From a virus (Duplodnaviria > Heunggongvirae > Uroviricota > Caudoviricetes): a stretch of DNA of 64,000 bases. Each line of letters opens with the position of its first letter. Within the stretch, counting starts at the first letter, position 1. Location: the IMG/VR virus record IMGVR_UViG_2537561946_000006; one strand, written 5' to 3'. The translations under genes and the position numbers were made by a program. Under the pieces are notes generated by a model. It did no database searches. It was given only the letters and a program-made list of their open reading frames with translations, and had not been told where the DNA came from. Below, in pieces: positions 9,587 to 19,264 of this stretch.

Positions 9587-9910
9587 ATGAAAAAAGATAA
9601 CTATTCATTCAAACGAGCTTGTGCTGTTGTCGGTGGGCAATCAGCAATGGCTAGGCTTTTAGGTGTATCTCCTCCAAGCGTAAATCAATGGATCAAAGGT
9701 GTACGTCAGTTGCCTGCTGAGAGATGTCCTGCGATTGAACGAGCAACAAAAGGTGGTGTCCTGTGTGAAGAACTTCGTCCTGATGTTGATTGGACATACT
9801 TACGACGCTCGTCATGTTATTCGCAGAATATGTCGATGAAGCAACCAAATGACGAAAACGATCATACCCGAAGCATCAAGAGGCAAATGATTCATGAAAA
9901 TCAAACATGA
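9587..9910 (+). CDS. ydaS: YdaS-like Cro-type regulator
   Basis: MKKDNYSFKRACAVVGGQSAMARLLGVSPPSVNQWIKG... near-identical N-terminus to recalled Rac YdaS; GGAG 9 nt upstream. Confidence 0.85.
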   Translation: MKKDNYSFKRACAVVGGQSAMARLLGVSPPSVNQWIKGVRQLPAERCPAIERATKGGVLCEELRPDVDWTYLRRSSCYSQNMSMKQPNDENDHTRSIKRQMIHENQT

Positions 9911-10319
9911 GCACATCCGCATGGCGATGAATGCCTGGGCATATCCTGATGGTGAGAAAGTTCCTGCAGCTGAAATAGCCCGGACTTATTTCGAACTGGG
10001 GATGACGTTCCCGGAACTGTACGACGACAGCCATCCGGAAGCCCTGGCTCGTAATACCCAGAAAATTTTCCGTTGGCTGGATAAAGACACCCCTGATGCT
10101 GTTGAAAAAATGCAGGCTCTGTTACCGGCGATCGAAAAGGCAATGCCGCCTCTGCTGGTGGCCCGTATGCGCAGCCACAGTTCTGAATATTACCGTGAGA
10201 TTGTCGAACGGAGGGATCGGCTGGTGAAGGATGTCGATGATTTTGTTGCGTCAGCGGTTGTTTTGTATGACCAGATGAATCGCGGCGGCCCGGCAGGGAA
10301 TGCTGTGGTGATGCACTAA
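9894..10319 (+). CDS. ydaT: YdaT-like protein
   Basis: MKIKHEHI... N-terminus and 141 aa size match recalled Rac YdaT. Confidence 0.75.
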   Translation: MKIKHEHIRMAMNAWAYPDGEKVPAAEIARTYFELGMTFPELYDDSHPEALARNTQKIFRWLDKDTPDAVEKMQALLPAIEKAMPPLLVARMRSHSSEYYREIVERRDRLVKDVDDFVASAVVLYDQMNRGGPAGNAVVMH

Positions 10320-10326
10320 AAGCACG

Positions 10327-11310
10327 GTGTTCGGGGGTTTTATGAGCAGCAAGCTTCATGGTCTTGTCTGGGAAGGGTGCGCCTTCACCGGCATGATCTT
10401 ATCCAGGGTGGCGGTTATGGCCCGTCTTGCAGACTACAGCAATGACGAGGGCGTGTCATGGCCTGCCATTGAAACTATCCGGCGTCAGATCGGTGCAAGA
10501 AGTGAATCCACCGTTAAATCTGCTATTGCAGAACTGGCGAAAGAGGGCTGGCTGACGAAGGAAGAGCGTAAGGTCGGTGGGCGTAACGTAAGCAATATCT
10601 ATCGGCTTAATGTGGAAAAACTCGAAGCAGCTGCAACTGCGGCGCGTGAGGCATATAAACCGAAAAGAAAAATTAGCCCGGCAAAAAATGACCCGTTAAC
10701 AGTTGACCCGTCAAATATTGACCCCTCAACGGTTGACCCGTCAAATTTTGATGGATCAACGGTTGATAAAAAACTGCCGATTAGGGGGGCGATGATTGAC
10801 CCCGATCCGTCAGTATCAAAACCTGATCCGTCAGATAAAAGATCTTCTTGTCCGGACGTTTCACTGCCGGACGAAAAACAATCATCACCAGTTGAGCGAT
10901 TTCTGGAGAAACACCCGGATGCGCATACCTGGAATGTACCGAAGCGACAGTGGGGTACCCGTGAGGATGTCGCCTGTGCGCAGTGGATTTGGGGACGGGT
11001 TGTGGCGTTGTATGAACAGGCCGCCAGTGATGATGGTGAGGTGTCACGCCCCAGAGAACCTAACTGGACGACCTGGGCGAATGATGTGCGCATGATGCGT
11101 ATGCTGGATGGACGTAGTCACCGGCAGATTTGTGAAATGTTTGGGCGTGTCCAGCGGGATTCGTTCTGGGTAAAAAACATCATGAGTCCGGCAAAACTCC
11201 GGGAAAAATGGGATGAACTGGTTATCCGCCTGGGGCGTTCGCCCGCGCAGCGTTGCGTAAATCACATTTCTGAACCGGACACTGAAATACCGCCTGGATT
11301 CAGGGGGTGA
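10327..11310 (+). CDS. replication initiator (YdaU / lambda O-like, N-terminal HTH), origin inside
   Basis: 327 aa; internal iteron array; followed by DnaC-like loader. Confidence 0.8.
   Translation: MFGGFMSSKLHGLVWEGCAFTGMILSRVAVMARLADYSNDEGVSWPAIETIRRQIGARSESTVKSAIAELAKEGWLTKEERKVGGRNVSNIYRLNVEKLEAAATAAREAYKPKRKISPAKNDPLTVDPSNIDPSTVDPSNFDGSTVDKKLPIRGAMIDPDPSVSKPDPSDKRSSCPDVSLPDEKQSSPVERFLEKHPDAHTWNVPKRQWGTREDVACAQWIWGRVVALYEQAASDDGEVSRPREPNWTTWANDVRMMRMLDGRSHRQICEMFGRVQRDSFWVKNIMSPAKLREKWDELVIRLGRSPAQRCVNHISEPDTEIPPGFRG
10685..10790. repeat. origin iterons (TTGACCCGTCAA-type repeats)
   Basis: GACCCGTTAACAGTTGACCCGTCAAATATTGACCCCTCAACGGTTGACCCGTCAAATTTTGATGGATCAACGGTTGAT within the initiator gene. 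Confidence 0.5.
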
Positions 11311-11316
11311 CGTGGC

Positions 11317-12063
11317 ATGAAAAACATTGCGGCAGCCGGGGTTCTTGAACGTATTCGCAGACTTGCACCACAGGGGGCGGTTCCACCGTACCGGACGGTG
11401 GAGGAGTGGCGGGAATGGCAGCTTGCTGAAGGACGAAAACGCAGCGAGGAGATTAACCGCCAGAATCGCCAGTTGCGGGTGGAAAAAATCCTGAATCGTT
11501 CGGGCATCCAGCCTCTGCACAGCAAATGCTCGTTTGCGAATTATCAGGTGCAGAACGACGGGCAAAAACACGCGCTGAGCCAGGCAAAATCCATCGCTGA
11601 CGAACTGATGACCGGGTGCACGAATTTTGTGTTCAGCGGTAAAACCGGCACCGGGAAAAATCACCTTGCAGCGGCGATGGGCAACCGGCTGATGGCGAAG
11701 GGGAGCAGCGTGATTATCGTCACCGTGTCTGACGTCATGAGTGTGTTGCATGACAGCTACGACAACGGCCAGTCCGGGGAAAAATTTTTACAGGAGCTTT
11801 GCGGGGTTGATTTGCTGGTCCTGGATGAAATAGGCGTTCAGCGTGAGACGAAAAACGAGCAGGTGGTATTACACCAGATAATTGATCGCCGGACAGCATC
11901 ACTGTGCAGTGTCGGGATGTTAACAAACCTGAATCATGCCGCAATGAGTACACTTCTTGGTGAGAGGATTATGGACCGCATGACCATGAACGGTGGTCGA
12001 TGGGTGACGTTTAACTGGGATAGCTGGCGTCCAAATGTCAGCAATATGAGGGTTGTGAAGTAA
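11317..12063 (+). CDS. DnaC-like helicase loader (AAA+ ATPase)
   Basis: Walker A FSGKTGTGKNHLAAAMG, Walker B LLVLDEIG; 248 aa. Confidence 0.9.
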   Translation: MKNIAAAGVLERIRRLAPQGAVPPYRTVEEWREWQLAEGRKRSEEINRQNRQLRVEKILNRSGIQPLHSKCSFANYQVQNDGQKHALSQAKSIADELMTGCTNFVFSGKTGTGKNHLAAAMGNRLMAKGSSVIIVTVSDVMSVLHDSYDNGQSGEKFLQELCGVDLLVLDEIGVQRETKNEQVVLHQIIDRRTASLCSVGMLTNLNHAAMSTLLGERIMDRMTMNGGRWVTFNWDSWRPNVSNMRVVK

Positions 12064-12084
12064 TTTTGTCCGGAGGAAATTTTA

Positions 12085-12855
12085 ATGGAAACCGTATCTG
12101 ACGCACTGAAAGCACTGAAAAAAGCCTCTTCACATGTGGTGGCAGCTCGCCTTGGAATCAGTCGTGAAGAGGCTGTCAACGAGCTGTGGGAACTCAAAAG
12201 AAATGGCGTCGTTGATAAAACTGGTCACACCTGGTTTCTGGCTGGCGAAGGTGAATCCCGGGTAACCGAAGAGCGGCCAGTAAAATCTGAAGCACAGGAT
12301 ATGCTGACCGGGGAGGTCGAACAAAAAGTTACCGCAGACATGATGATTGAGTTTATCGGTCAGGATGGGGCTAAAACGTGTGAGGAACTGGCGGGTAAGT
12401 TCGGTGTCAGTACTCGCAAGGTTGCTTCCACGCTGGCGGTGGTAACCGCAACGGGGCGGCTGGCACGCGTTAATCAGAACGGTAAATTTCGTTACTGCAT
12501 GCCGGGCGATAATTTACCAGCAGAGCCGAAAGCCGCGCTGGTAACGGAAAGTGATGGTAAGGCCTTTCCTCAGCCAGCAGGTGCTGCGTTACCAGTCCGG
12601 GAAGCCGCAACACAGGAAGAAATTAAAACAGAAACTGTGGCGGACATTGTGCAGCCGTTGCCATCGTTTACCGAAACGCAAGCAGATGAGCTGATTTTTC
12701 CGTCCCTTCGCAGGGCAAACCTGGCGCTGCGCAGGGCGAAAAGTGATGTTCAGAAGTGGGAGCGAGTCTGCGCCGCGCTGCGGGAGCTGAACAAGCACCG
12801 GGATATTGTTCGACAGATTACTGATTCTTCCCGCCGTGTTGTATCGGAAAAGTGA
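12085..12855 (+). CDS. hypothetical phage protein
   Basis: 256 aa, coding-like frame with phage-typical GC, good spacing after loader gene. Confidence 0.6.
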   Translation: METVSDALKALKKASSHVVAARLGISREEAVNELWELKRNGVVDKTGHTWFLAGEGESRVTEERPVKSEAQDMLTGEVEQKVTADMMIEFIGQDGAKTCEELAGKFGVSTRKVASTLAVVTATGRLARVNQNGKFRYCMPGDNLPAEPKAALVTESDGKAFPQPAGAALPVREAATQEEIKTETVADIVQPLPSFTETQADELIFPSLRRANLALRRAKSDVQKWERVCAALRELNKHRDIVRQITDSSRRVVSEK

Positions 12856-13284
12856 TTGCCGGAGGCGCTTATGGCAAAAGTATTTACACAGGAAGAGCGG
12901 GAAAAAATTAAAGGGCAGGTTGTTGAGCTAGTACGCCGGAGTGGGCGCGAGACGTTACGGCAACTGGAAGCCAAGACAGGTGCGACAAGATATCTGATGA
13001 GCGTTCTTGCCAGAGAGCTGGTTGCCAGTGGCGATGTATACAACTCTGGTTACGGGTTATTCCCATCTGAACAGGCTCGTAAGGACTGGCAAAACGCCCG
13101 CAAAAAACTATCGAGGGCAAAACTGAAGAAACCGGTTGTGGTTGATCCTGACCTTATCTGGTCATTACCAGACGGAGAAATACGCCGCTATGACAGGCAA
13201 TTGAACATAATTTGTAGTGAGTGCCGTAACAGTGAAGTGATGCAGCGAGTTTTGATATTTTACACAGGAGTAATGATGGAATAG
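12856..13284 (+). CDS. hypothetical phage protein
   Basis: 142 aa, start abuts previous stop. Confidence 0.5.
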   Translation: MPEALMAKVFTQEEREKIKGQVVELVRRSGRETLRQLEAKTGATRYLMSVLARELVASGDVYNSGYGLFPSEQARKDWQNARKKLSRAKLKKPVVVDPDLIWSLPDGEIRRYDRQLNIICSECRNSEVMQRVLIFYTGVMME

Positions 13285-13635
13285 TGAAAATAACATGAAA
13301 CCTTTGGATTCTGGTGTTTCAGTGGATGGGAAAAGAGCAGATACATAGAAAATGAATAGCAATAATTCACAGTCTGGATGTTGTTTGTATGCTTATAAAA
13401 TGATCCTAGTATGCATTGCCGGAGTTGAATCAGCTCCAATGAAGAAACTGAGAGGAGTATTTAGAAGATAGCTAAATGGATGTAATTATTAGTATCTAAA
13501 AAATAGTATTTTTGAAATGGGTCTAAGAACACAACAATGTACAAATGAGAAGTTATCTTTTAATATGTTCAAAGACCCATTAGGATTGATATCAGTTATG
13601 TTAGCTAGATTGATAAAGTGATTACATATTTTCTG

Positions 13636-14409
13636 TTATATGCTGAAATGAATAATGCTATTCCAGAGTGCAGCAGAGAAAGTCTCCTGATGATTGAGCT
13701 CTGGAAATTGTACAATAGAAAAATTACTGTATTTTTCTGTCAAAATATTTCTCAAAACAGATTCCGCTTTGATGGCTTCAGGATATAAAGATGCGGAGTA
13801 ATCAAGGCTAAGATTTCCGTTAAGCAAGCATATACTTTTAGTGTGCTTTGATTCTGATATATCATCTTTAATTATCTTGATGATTCTTTCATTCTGCCAT
13901 AGAAGTGATGGTGCAGATATATAATAATAGTTAAAGCATGAATTATTTTTTAAGCAATCAAGCACAAAAATAGCACCTAGCGAGTGCCCCCATATACCGA
14001 TTCTGGAACTGTTCGGAGCAATAGTACTAACCCATGGCATGATCTGAGTTAGTAATAATTCTCGGAAAGACTGGCTTCCTCCACCAGTAAAGTAGATCCA
14101 TGCTGGTTTAGAGTTATCAACAATAGCATTTTCACCATCAGGAGTATAATCGTAAGCACGGCGATGAATGCTAAGGTTATTCCAAGATTCATAACCAAGT
14201 GTAACTAACACTGGTGGATTGGGTAGTGCATCAATAACAGGCAGAATATCAGAAATGTAATTGTTGGCACTATTCCCATCAAGTATATAAAGAGTTGCAT
14301 TATTTTTTTTAATGTTTTTTGGAGTAAAAATACATATTTTATATTTGGTGTCATGGTTAATTGAGTTAAATATGCGTGTTTGACAATGAATGTCCATATG
14401 TTTAGTCAT
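13636..14409 (-). CDS. alpha/beta-hydrolase fold protein (esterase-like), AT-rich moron
   Basis: GHSLG nucleophile elbow (GxSxG); 257 aa; strongly AT-rich relative to flanking phage genes; opposite strand. Confidence 0.7.
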   Translation of the reverse strand: MTKHMDIHCQTRIFNSINHDTKYKICIFTPKNIKKNNATLYILDGNSANNYISDILPVIDALPNPPVLVTLGYESWNNLSIHRRAYDYTPDGENAIVDNSKPAWIYFTGGGSQSFRELLLTQIMPWVSTIAPNSSRIGIWGHSLGAIFVLDCLKNNSCFNYYYISAPSLLWQNERIIKIIKDDISESKHTKSICLLNGNLSLDYSASLYPEAIKAESVLRNILTEKYSNFSIVQFPELNHQETFSAALWNSIIHFSI

Positions 14410-14969
14410 GCGTTCTCCCCATGAGCATTAAAGGATGCTTAAGATATGCTATGTCACTGATAAAAAATTTGTTGTGTGTGTTTAGTTATTTTATCTACCT
14501 CCATTATGATTTAAGACTGATATATGTTATCAGCAAAGGTACATCGTTATTATTTTACCTGTCAATACATTTGATATTGATTAGCGTTTACATCGCTTGC
14601 TTAGGAAATTGAAGGCAGGTAACTATCATGTCAATGAACTAACCCACAGTCTAACGTACTTCTTTCCCCAATCACCAACAACCAAATTCCTGTTATCACC
14701 ACTGGGATTTTGGCGCAACTTCATGGTGCAGAGGTAAATAGCATCAAGCAAAATCTCTTTTTCCGTTGTTGTCCTTATGGGACGTCTGTCTTTCTGACCG
14801 ATTTCATATTGGCGAGGTAATGGGAAGTTAAGTAGAATAGCTGCGGGTGCTTGAGGCTATCTGCCTCGGGCATGAACACCAACGGCAGATAGAGAAAAGC
14901 CCCAGTTAACATTACGCGTCCTGCAAGACGCTTAACATTAATCTGAGGCTCAATCTATGAACGGCAAAT

Positions 14970-16043
14970 CTAGGTTAGCCTCTTACGTGCCGAAAGGCAA
15001 GGAGATGTATGGGTCCACCACATATTGCAATTTTTATTCTCTTTTAAAATATATTCCACGGGCGTCATTAGTGCGAGCGCCTTGTGGGGTCTTTTGCTGT
15101 TATACAGCACCAGATATTCCGCCAGCTTCTGGTTAAATAGCGCCAGATCTTCAAAGAGTAAAATCTCATTAAATTCAATAAACTGCTCTCTTAACGTCCG
15201 GTTAAAACGTTCACAGATAGCGTTCATTTTTGGCGTGTAGGGATAGGTCCAGAGGTGTTTGATAGCGGCTTCCTGCAGCGTTTTGTCGAAGTTTCCCAGG
15301 AACTCTTTTCCGTTATCTGTGATTATCTGGCTGATACCGACCGGGAACAACCGGGCTGCGCGGCTGAAGAAGTGATTGACGATATCACTGTTGAGTGACG
15401 GCACAGCCAGCGCCAGCGCGTAATTGCTGCATTCGTCGATCATGGTGATGACATAGCGACGCAGTTCGCCCATTCTGAGCTCAATGGCGTCCATCCCAAT
15501 GAGCTCACCTGTCTTTACCGGGCGGTAGTGCTTTGGCCTGCGGGGTTTGGCAGACCGCTTTTTGACAAGCAGTGCCTTCCCCCGCGATCCCAGACGCACA
15601 GGTATCATCCGCATTTTATCATGTGCGGCAGCGATCATTCTGCCGATGGTGGAAACACTCGGACAGGCCAGATAGCGCTGTTCGCACCAGGGCTTCAGGC
15701 GAACAAAAATCTGCTCTTTACCGAGGTTCGGCAGCTCTGTCCTGAGGCGTCGAATCTCTTTCAGCACATCGGGATGCCAGTGTTTTTTTCGTCGCACCAG
15801 AGGTGCCTTACTGTGCGGGATTAGCCCCTCAGGTCCTTCCTTGTTCAGTAACTGACGCCACCAGTAAAGCGTGCGGCAGGACACGCCAAAGGCTTCAGAA
15901 GCTGCAGAAATACCGTGTTTATCCCAGAAGTGCAGAGCCTTCATTCTCATTGTTGCTATATCAGCCATCACTGAAAGCCTCAACGCATAATCGGCCGTTT
16001 GGTAGTACTTAGGATAGCCAACCATCAGATGCTGCATTTGCAT
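14970..16043 (-). mobile_element. IS transposase gene (DDE integrase-core type, IS481-like); element ends not resolved
   Basis: 357 aa with N-terminal HTH and DDE core ...DNGKEF...; interrupts the nin-region. Confidence 0.75.
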
Positions 16044-16114
16044 AGTGCAATCTCCCCTTACTTATCCGGAGGCAATTGCAATATCTCTGTGAACTTACAC
16101 AGGAGAAGCAGGCT

Positions 16115-16270
16115 ATGAAGCAGCAAAAGGCGATGTTAATCGCCCTGATCGTCATCTGTTTAACCGTCATAGTGACGGCACTGGTAACGAGGAAAGACCT
16201 CTGCGAGGTACGAATCCGAACCGGCCAGACGGAGGTCGCTGTCTTCACAGCTTACGAACCTGAGGAGTAA
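16115..16270 (+). CDS. hok: Hok/Gef-family membrane toxin (HokD/RelF-like)
   Basis: MKQQKAMLIALIVICLTVIVTALVTRKDLCEVRIRTGQTEVAVFTAYEPEE, 51 aa. Confidence 0.85.
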   Translation: MKQQKAMLIALIVICLTVIVTALVTRKDLCEVRIRTGQTEVAVFTAYEPEE

Positions 16271-16437
16271 GAGACCAGGCGGGGGAGAAATCCCTCGCCA
16301 CCGCTGATGTGTCAGGCATCCTCAACGCACCCGCACTTAACCCGCTTCGGCGGGTTTTGTTTTTTCTGGTCGTTCTGGTTTACAATCCATCCGTCAGCCT
16401 GAACAACTGGCACCTGCTGCGCCAGCAGAGAAAACAG

Positions 16438-16716
16438 ATGGCGCACGATACCAAATTTTACAATTCGGATAACTCTGCCGCCCCTGCCAGCAGGCACGGG
16501 CGGCGTTCTCATGCATTCAAATCTGACTGGTATCAGCACGACCCCTGCACCGAAGAACAGGCTGAATGGCTGATTCAGTGTTACCGCAGGCGCGGATACG
16601 AGATTAAGAAAGCCCTCAGCCTCGACTACCGTCACTGGATAATCTCCGTCAGGCTTCCTTACTCCGAACGCCCACCGCGTCCGTCCCGCACATTCCAGCA
16701 ACGGATCTGGAGGTAA
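16438..16716 (+). CDS. hypothetical phage protein
   Basis: 92 aa from ATG at 16438; precedes DUF968-like gene. Confidence 0.4.
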   Translation: MAHDTKFYNSDNSAAPASRHGRRSHAFKSDWYQHDPCTEEQAEWLIQCYRRRGYEIKKALSLDYRHWIISVRLPYSERPPRPSRTFQQRIWR

Positions 16717-16717
16717 C

Positions 16718-17764
16718 GTGCGGGTATTACTTCGACCTGTTCTGGTACCGGAACTCGGGCTGGTGGCCCTTAAGCCAGGTCGTGAATCCATGCAGGTATT
16801 TCACAATACCCGGGTACTGGTGGAGCCGGAACCGAAAAGCATGCGTAATCTGCCGTCCGGGGTCGTTCCTGCCGTTCGCCATCCGCTGGTGGAAGACAAA
16901 ACATTGCTGCCATTTTTCAGCGACGAACGAGTGATTCGTGCTGCTGGTGGTGCTGGTGCATTGTCTGACTGGCTGTTGCGCCATATTAAATCCTGCCAGT
17001 GGCCACACGGCGATTATCACCACAGCGAAACTGTCATTCACCGTTATGGTACCGGCGCAATGGTGTTGTGCTGGCACTGCGACAACCAGTTGCGTGACCA
17101 GACCTCCGAATCACTCGGGCAACTTGCTCACCAAAATTTGTCAGCATGGATGATTGACGTCATACGCCATGCAATGAATGGCACGCAGGAGCGGGAATTA
17201 TCTCTGGGTGAATTATCCTGGTGGGCGGTCTGCAATCAGGTGGCGGATGCGCTACCAGAGGCAGCATTACGTCGTTCTCTGGGGTTACGTGCGGAAAAAA
17301 TCCGCTCGGTGTACCGCGAAAGCGACATCATACCGGGAGAACAGACAGCCACCAGCATCCTGAAACAGCGCACAAAAAATCTTGCGCCGCTGCCTCACGC
17401 CCACCAGCAAAACCCGCCACAGGAAAAGACGGTGGTAAGCATTGCCGTTGATCCGGAGTCTCCGGAATCCTTCATGAAACGACCTAAACGTCGCCGCTGG
17501 GTAAATGAGAAATACACACGCTGGGTAAAGACACAGCCGTGTGCGTGTTGTGGTAAGCCAGCGGACGATCCTCATCATCTGATTGGTCATGGTCAGGGCG
17601 GAATGGGAACAAAATCCCACGATATTTTCACGCTACCGCTGTGTCGGGAGCATCACAACGAGCTTCATGCGGATCCGCTGGCGTTCGAAGAAAAGCATGG
17701 TTCCCAGGTTGATTTAATTTTTCGTTTTCTTGATCACGCCTTTGCAACCGGCGTGCTCGGGTAA
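16718..17764 (+). CDS. DUF968-like nin-region protein with C-terminal HNH-like zinc motif
   Basis: 348 aa, GTG start after GGAGG; CACCGKPADDPHHLIGHGQGG...LCREHHNELH. Confidence 0.65.
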   Translation: MRVLLRPVLVPELGLVALKPGRESMQVFHNTRVLVEPEPKSMRNLPSGVVPAVRHPLVEDKTLLPFFSDERVIRAAGGAGALSDWLLRHIKSCQWPHGDYHHSETVIHRYGTGAMVLCWHCDNQLRDQTSESLGQLAHQNLSAWMIDVIRHAMNGTQERELSLGELSWWAVCNQVADALPEAALRRSLGLRAEKIRSVYRESDIIPGEQTATSILKQRTKNLAPLPHAHQQNPPQEKTVVSIAVDPESPESFMKRPKRRRWVNEKYTRWVKTQPCACCGKPADDPHHLIGHGQGGMGTKSHDIFTLPLCREHHNELHADPLAFEEKHGSQVDLIFRFLDHAFATGVLG

Positions 17765-17776
17765 AAGAGGTTACTG

Positions 17777-18136
17777 ATGCGTATAGAGTTTGTTTTGCCT
17801 TACCCGCCGACGGTGAACACCTACTGGCGACGTCGTGGCAGCACATATTTTGTATCAAAAGCCGGTGAGCGTTATCGCCGGGATGTGGCACTTATTGTTC
17901 GCCAGCAGCGGCTGAAATTAAACCTGTCCGGAAGGCTGGCGATAAAGATTATTGCCGAGCCACCGGATAAGCGCCGCCGTGACCTGGACAATATTCTGAA
18001 AGCGCCGCTGGATGCGCTGACGCATGCGGGGGTGCTAATGGACGATGAGCAGTTTGATGAAATCAATATTGTACGTGGTCAGCCAGTATCTGGTGGACGG
18101 CTGGGTGTGAAGATTTACAAAATTGAGAGTGAGTGA
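17777..18136 (+). CDS. rusA: RusA Holliday junction resolvase
   Basis: 119 aa, MRIEFVLPYPPTVNTYW...RRRDLDNILKAPLDAL. Confidence 0.9.
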   Translation: MRIEFVLPYPPTVNTYWRRRGSTYFVSKAGERYRRDVALIVRQQRLKLNLSGRLAIKIIAEPPDKRRRDLDNILKAPLDALTHAGVLMDDEQFDEINIVRGQPVSGGRLGVKIYKIESE

Positions 18137-18675
18137 GCGTAAATATGATATATCCGGAAATTACAGGCAAAAGCGGCGAACATTTACGCCTGAACACGCT
18201 GGAAGCAGTCTGGATCCAGGGGAAATTACGGATGTGGGGGCGGTGGTCGTATATCGGTGGGGGTAAATCCGGAAATATGTTTAACCGGTTACTGGTTTCG
18301 AAAAAGCTGACGAAAACAGCAGTTAATGAGGTTTTACGCAGCATGAAGAAATCCGGGCTGGAAAAACCGGAACTTGAGGCATTTTTTCGGGATATGACCA
18401 GAGGGAAGCAGAAGAGCTGGTTGTCACATTGTACAGACACAGAGGCGTTGATTATTGATCGCGTTATCAGTGAGGTGCTTGGGGAATATCCCGGGCTAAT
18501 CAATATTCTCCGGCAAAGGTACGAAGGACGGGGAATGAGTAAGAGAAAAATGGCAGAATGTTTAAATCGTACTCACCCGGAATGGTGTTTCAGCACATGT
18601 GAGAAACGTATTGCAGGTTGGTTAGCCGTGGCTGAACACATGCTTTATGTACCTATGCACGATTCATTTCGATAA
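18133..18675 (+). CDS. late-gene antiterminator Q-like protein
   Basis: 180 aa directly after rusA and before terminator plus late genes; positional. Confidence 0.6.
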   Translation: MSVNMIYPEITGKSGEHLRLNTLEAVWIQGKLRMWGRWSYIGGGKSGNMFNRLLVSKKLTKTAVNEVLRSMKKSGLEKPELEAFFRDMTRGKQKSWLSHCTDTEALIIDRVISEVLGEYPGLINILRQRYEGRGMSKRKMAECLNRTHPEWCFSTCEKRIAGWLAVAEHMLYVPMHDSFR

Positions 18676-18770
18676 AAAAAGCTTGCTTTTTTACGCAGAA
18701 ACAGCTTGAATTCCTGTAAGCTTCGCAAAGCTGTATCGCGAGGCGAAATGCAAGTTTTTTCGCACAAGGA

Positions 18771-18793
18771 AGCCACCGGAAGGTGGTTTTTTT
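18771..18793 (+). terminator. intrinsic terminator downstream of Q (tR'-like)
   Basis: CCACCGGAAGGTGG stem followed by TTTTTTT. Confidence 0.5.
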
Positions 18794-19264
18794 GTGTCCG
18801 TAATATACAGCAGCGCAATAAATTCGCTGGTGGTTATTAATACCGTTCTTTCAGGTTGCTGGCTTTTTCGACAAGAGTTATTGGTGTGTCACGTTAACCG
18901 GAAAAGGGAAAAAGACATGCTGAAACAGCAGGATATGACAGAAACCGCCAGAGTGGTGTTTAATGAATTAAGCGTTACCGACCCGGCGACAGTCGGGGAG
19001 ATTGCGCAGAATACTTACCTTTCACGCGAACGCTGCCAGTTAATACTGACCCAGCTGGTTATGGCGGGTCTGGCAGACTATCAGTTTGGTTGTTACAGAC
19101 GCCTTCAGTCCTGAAGGCTTTTTTATTTGTGGTAAATGGGCGGCTGGTGGGTGTAAGGGGCACCCACCAGCCATCTGCTCATGCGTTGGGTTCACAAGCA
19201 AACCTCAGGCCCACTGCTTTGCGCAAAAGCAGAATGAGCCTATCAGAGACAGGCTTAATGATCC

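Noticed and set aside
10685-10790. CRISPR-like repeat array
   Set aside because: Repeats are short iterons inside a replication gene with no regular spacers; no cas genes in the window.
11044-11751. 235-aa minus-strand ORF
   Set aside because: Antisense to the well-supported replication genes; His/Arg/Pro-rich composition typical of a wrong frame.
16312-16791. 159-aa minus-strand ORF
   Set aside because: Overlaps two plus-strand genes that fit the phage operon; Arg/Gly/Pro-rich wrong-frame signature.
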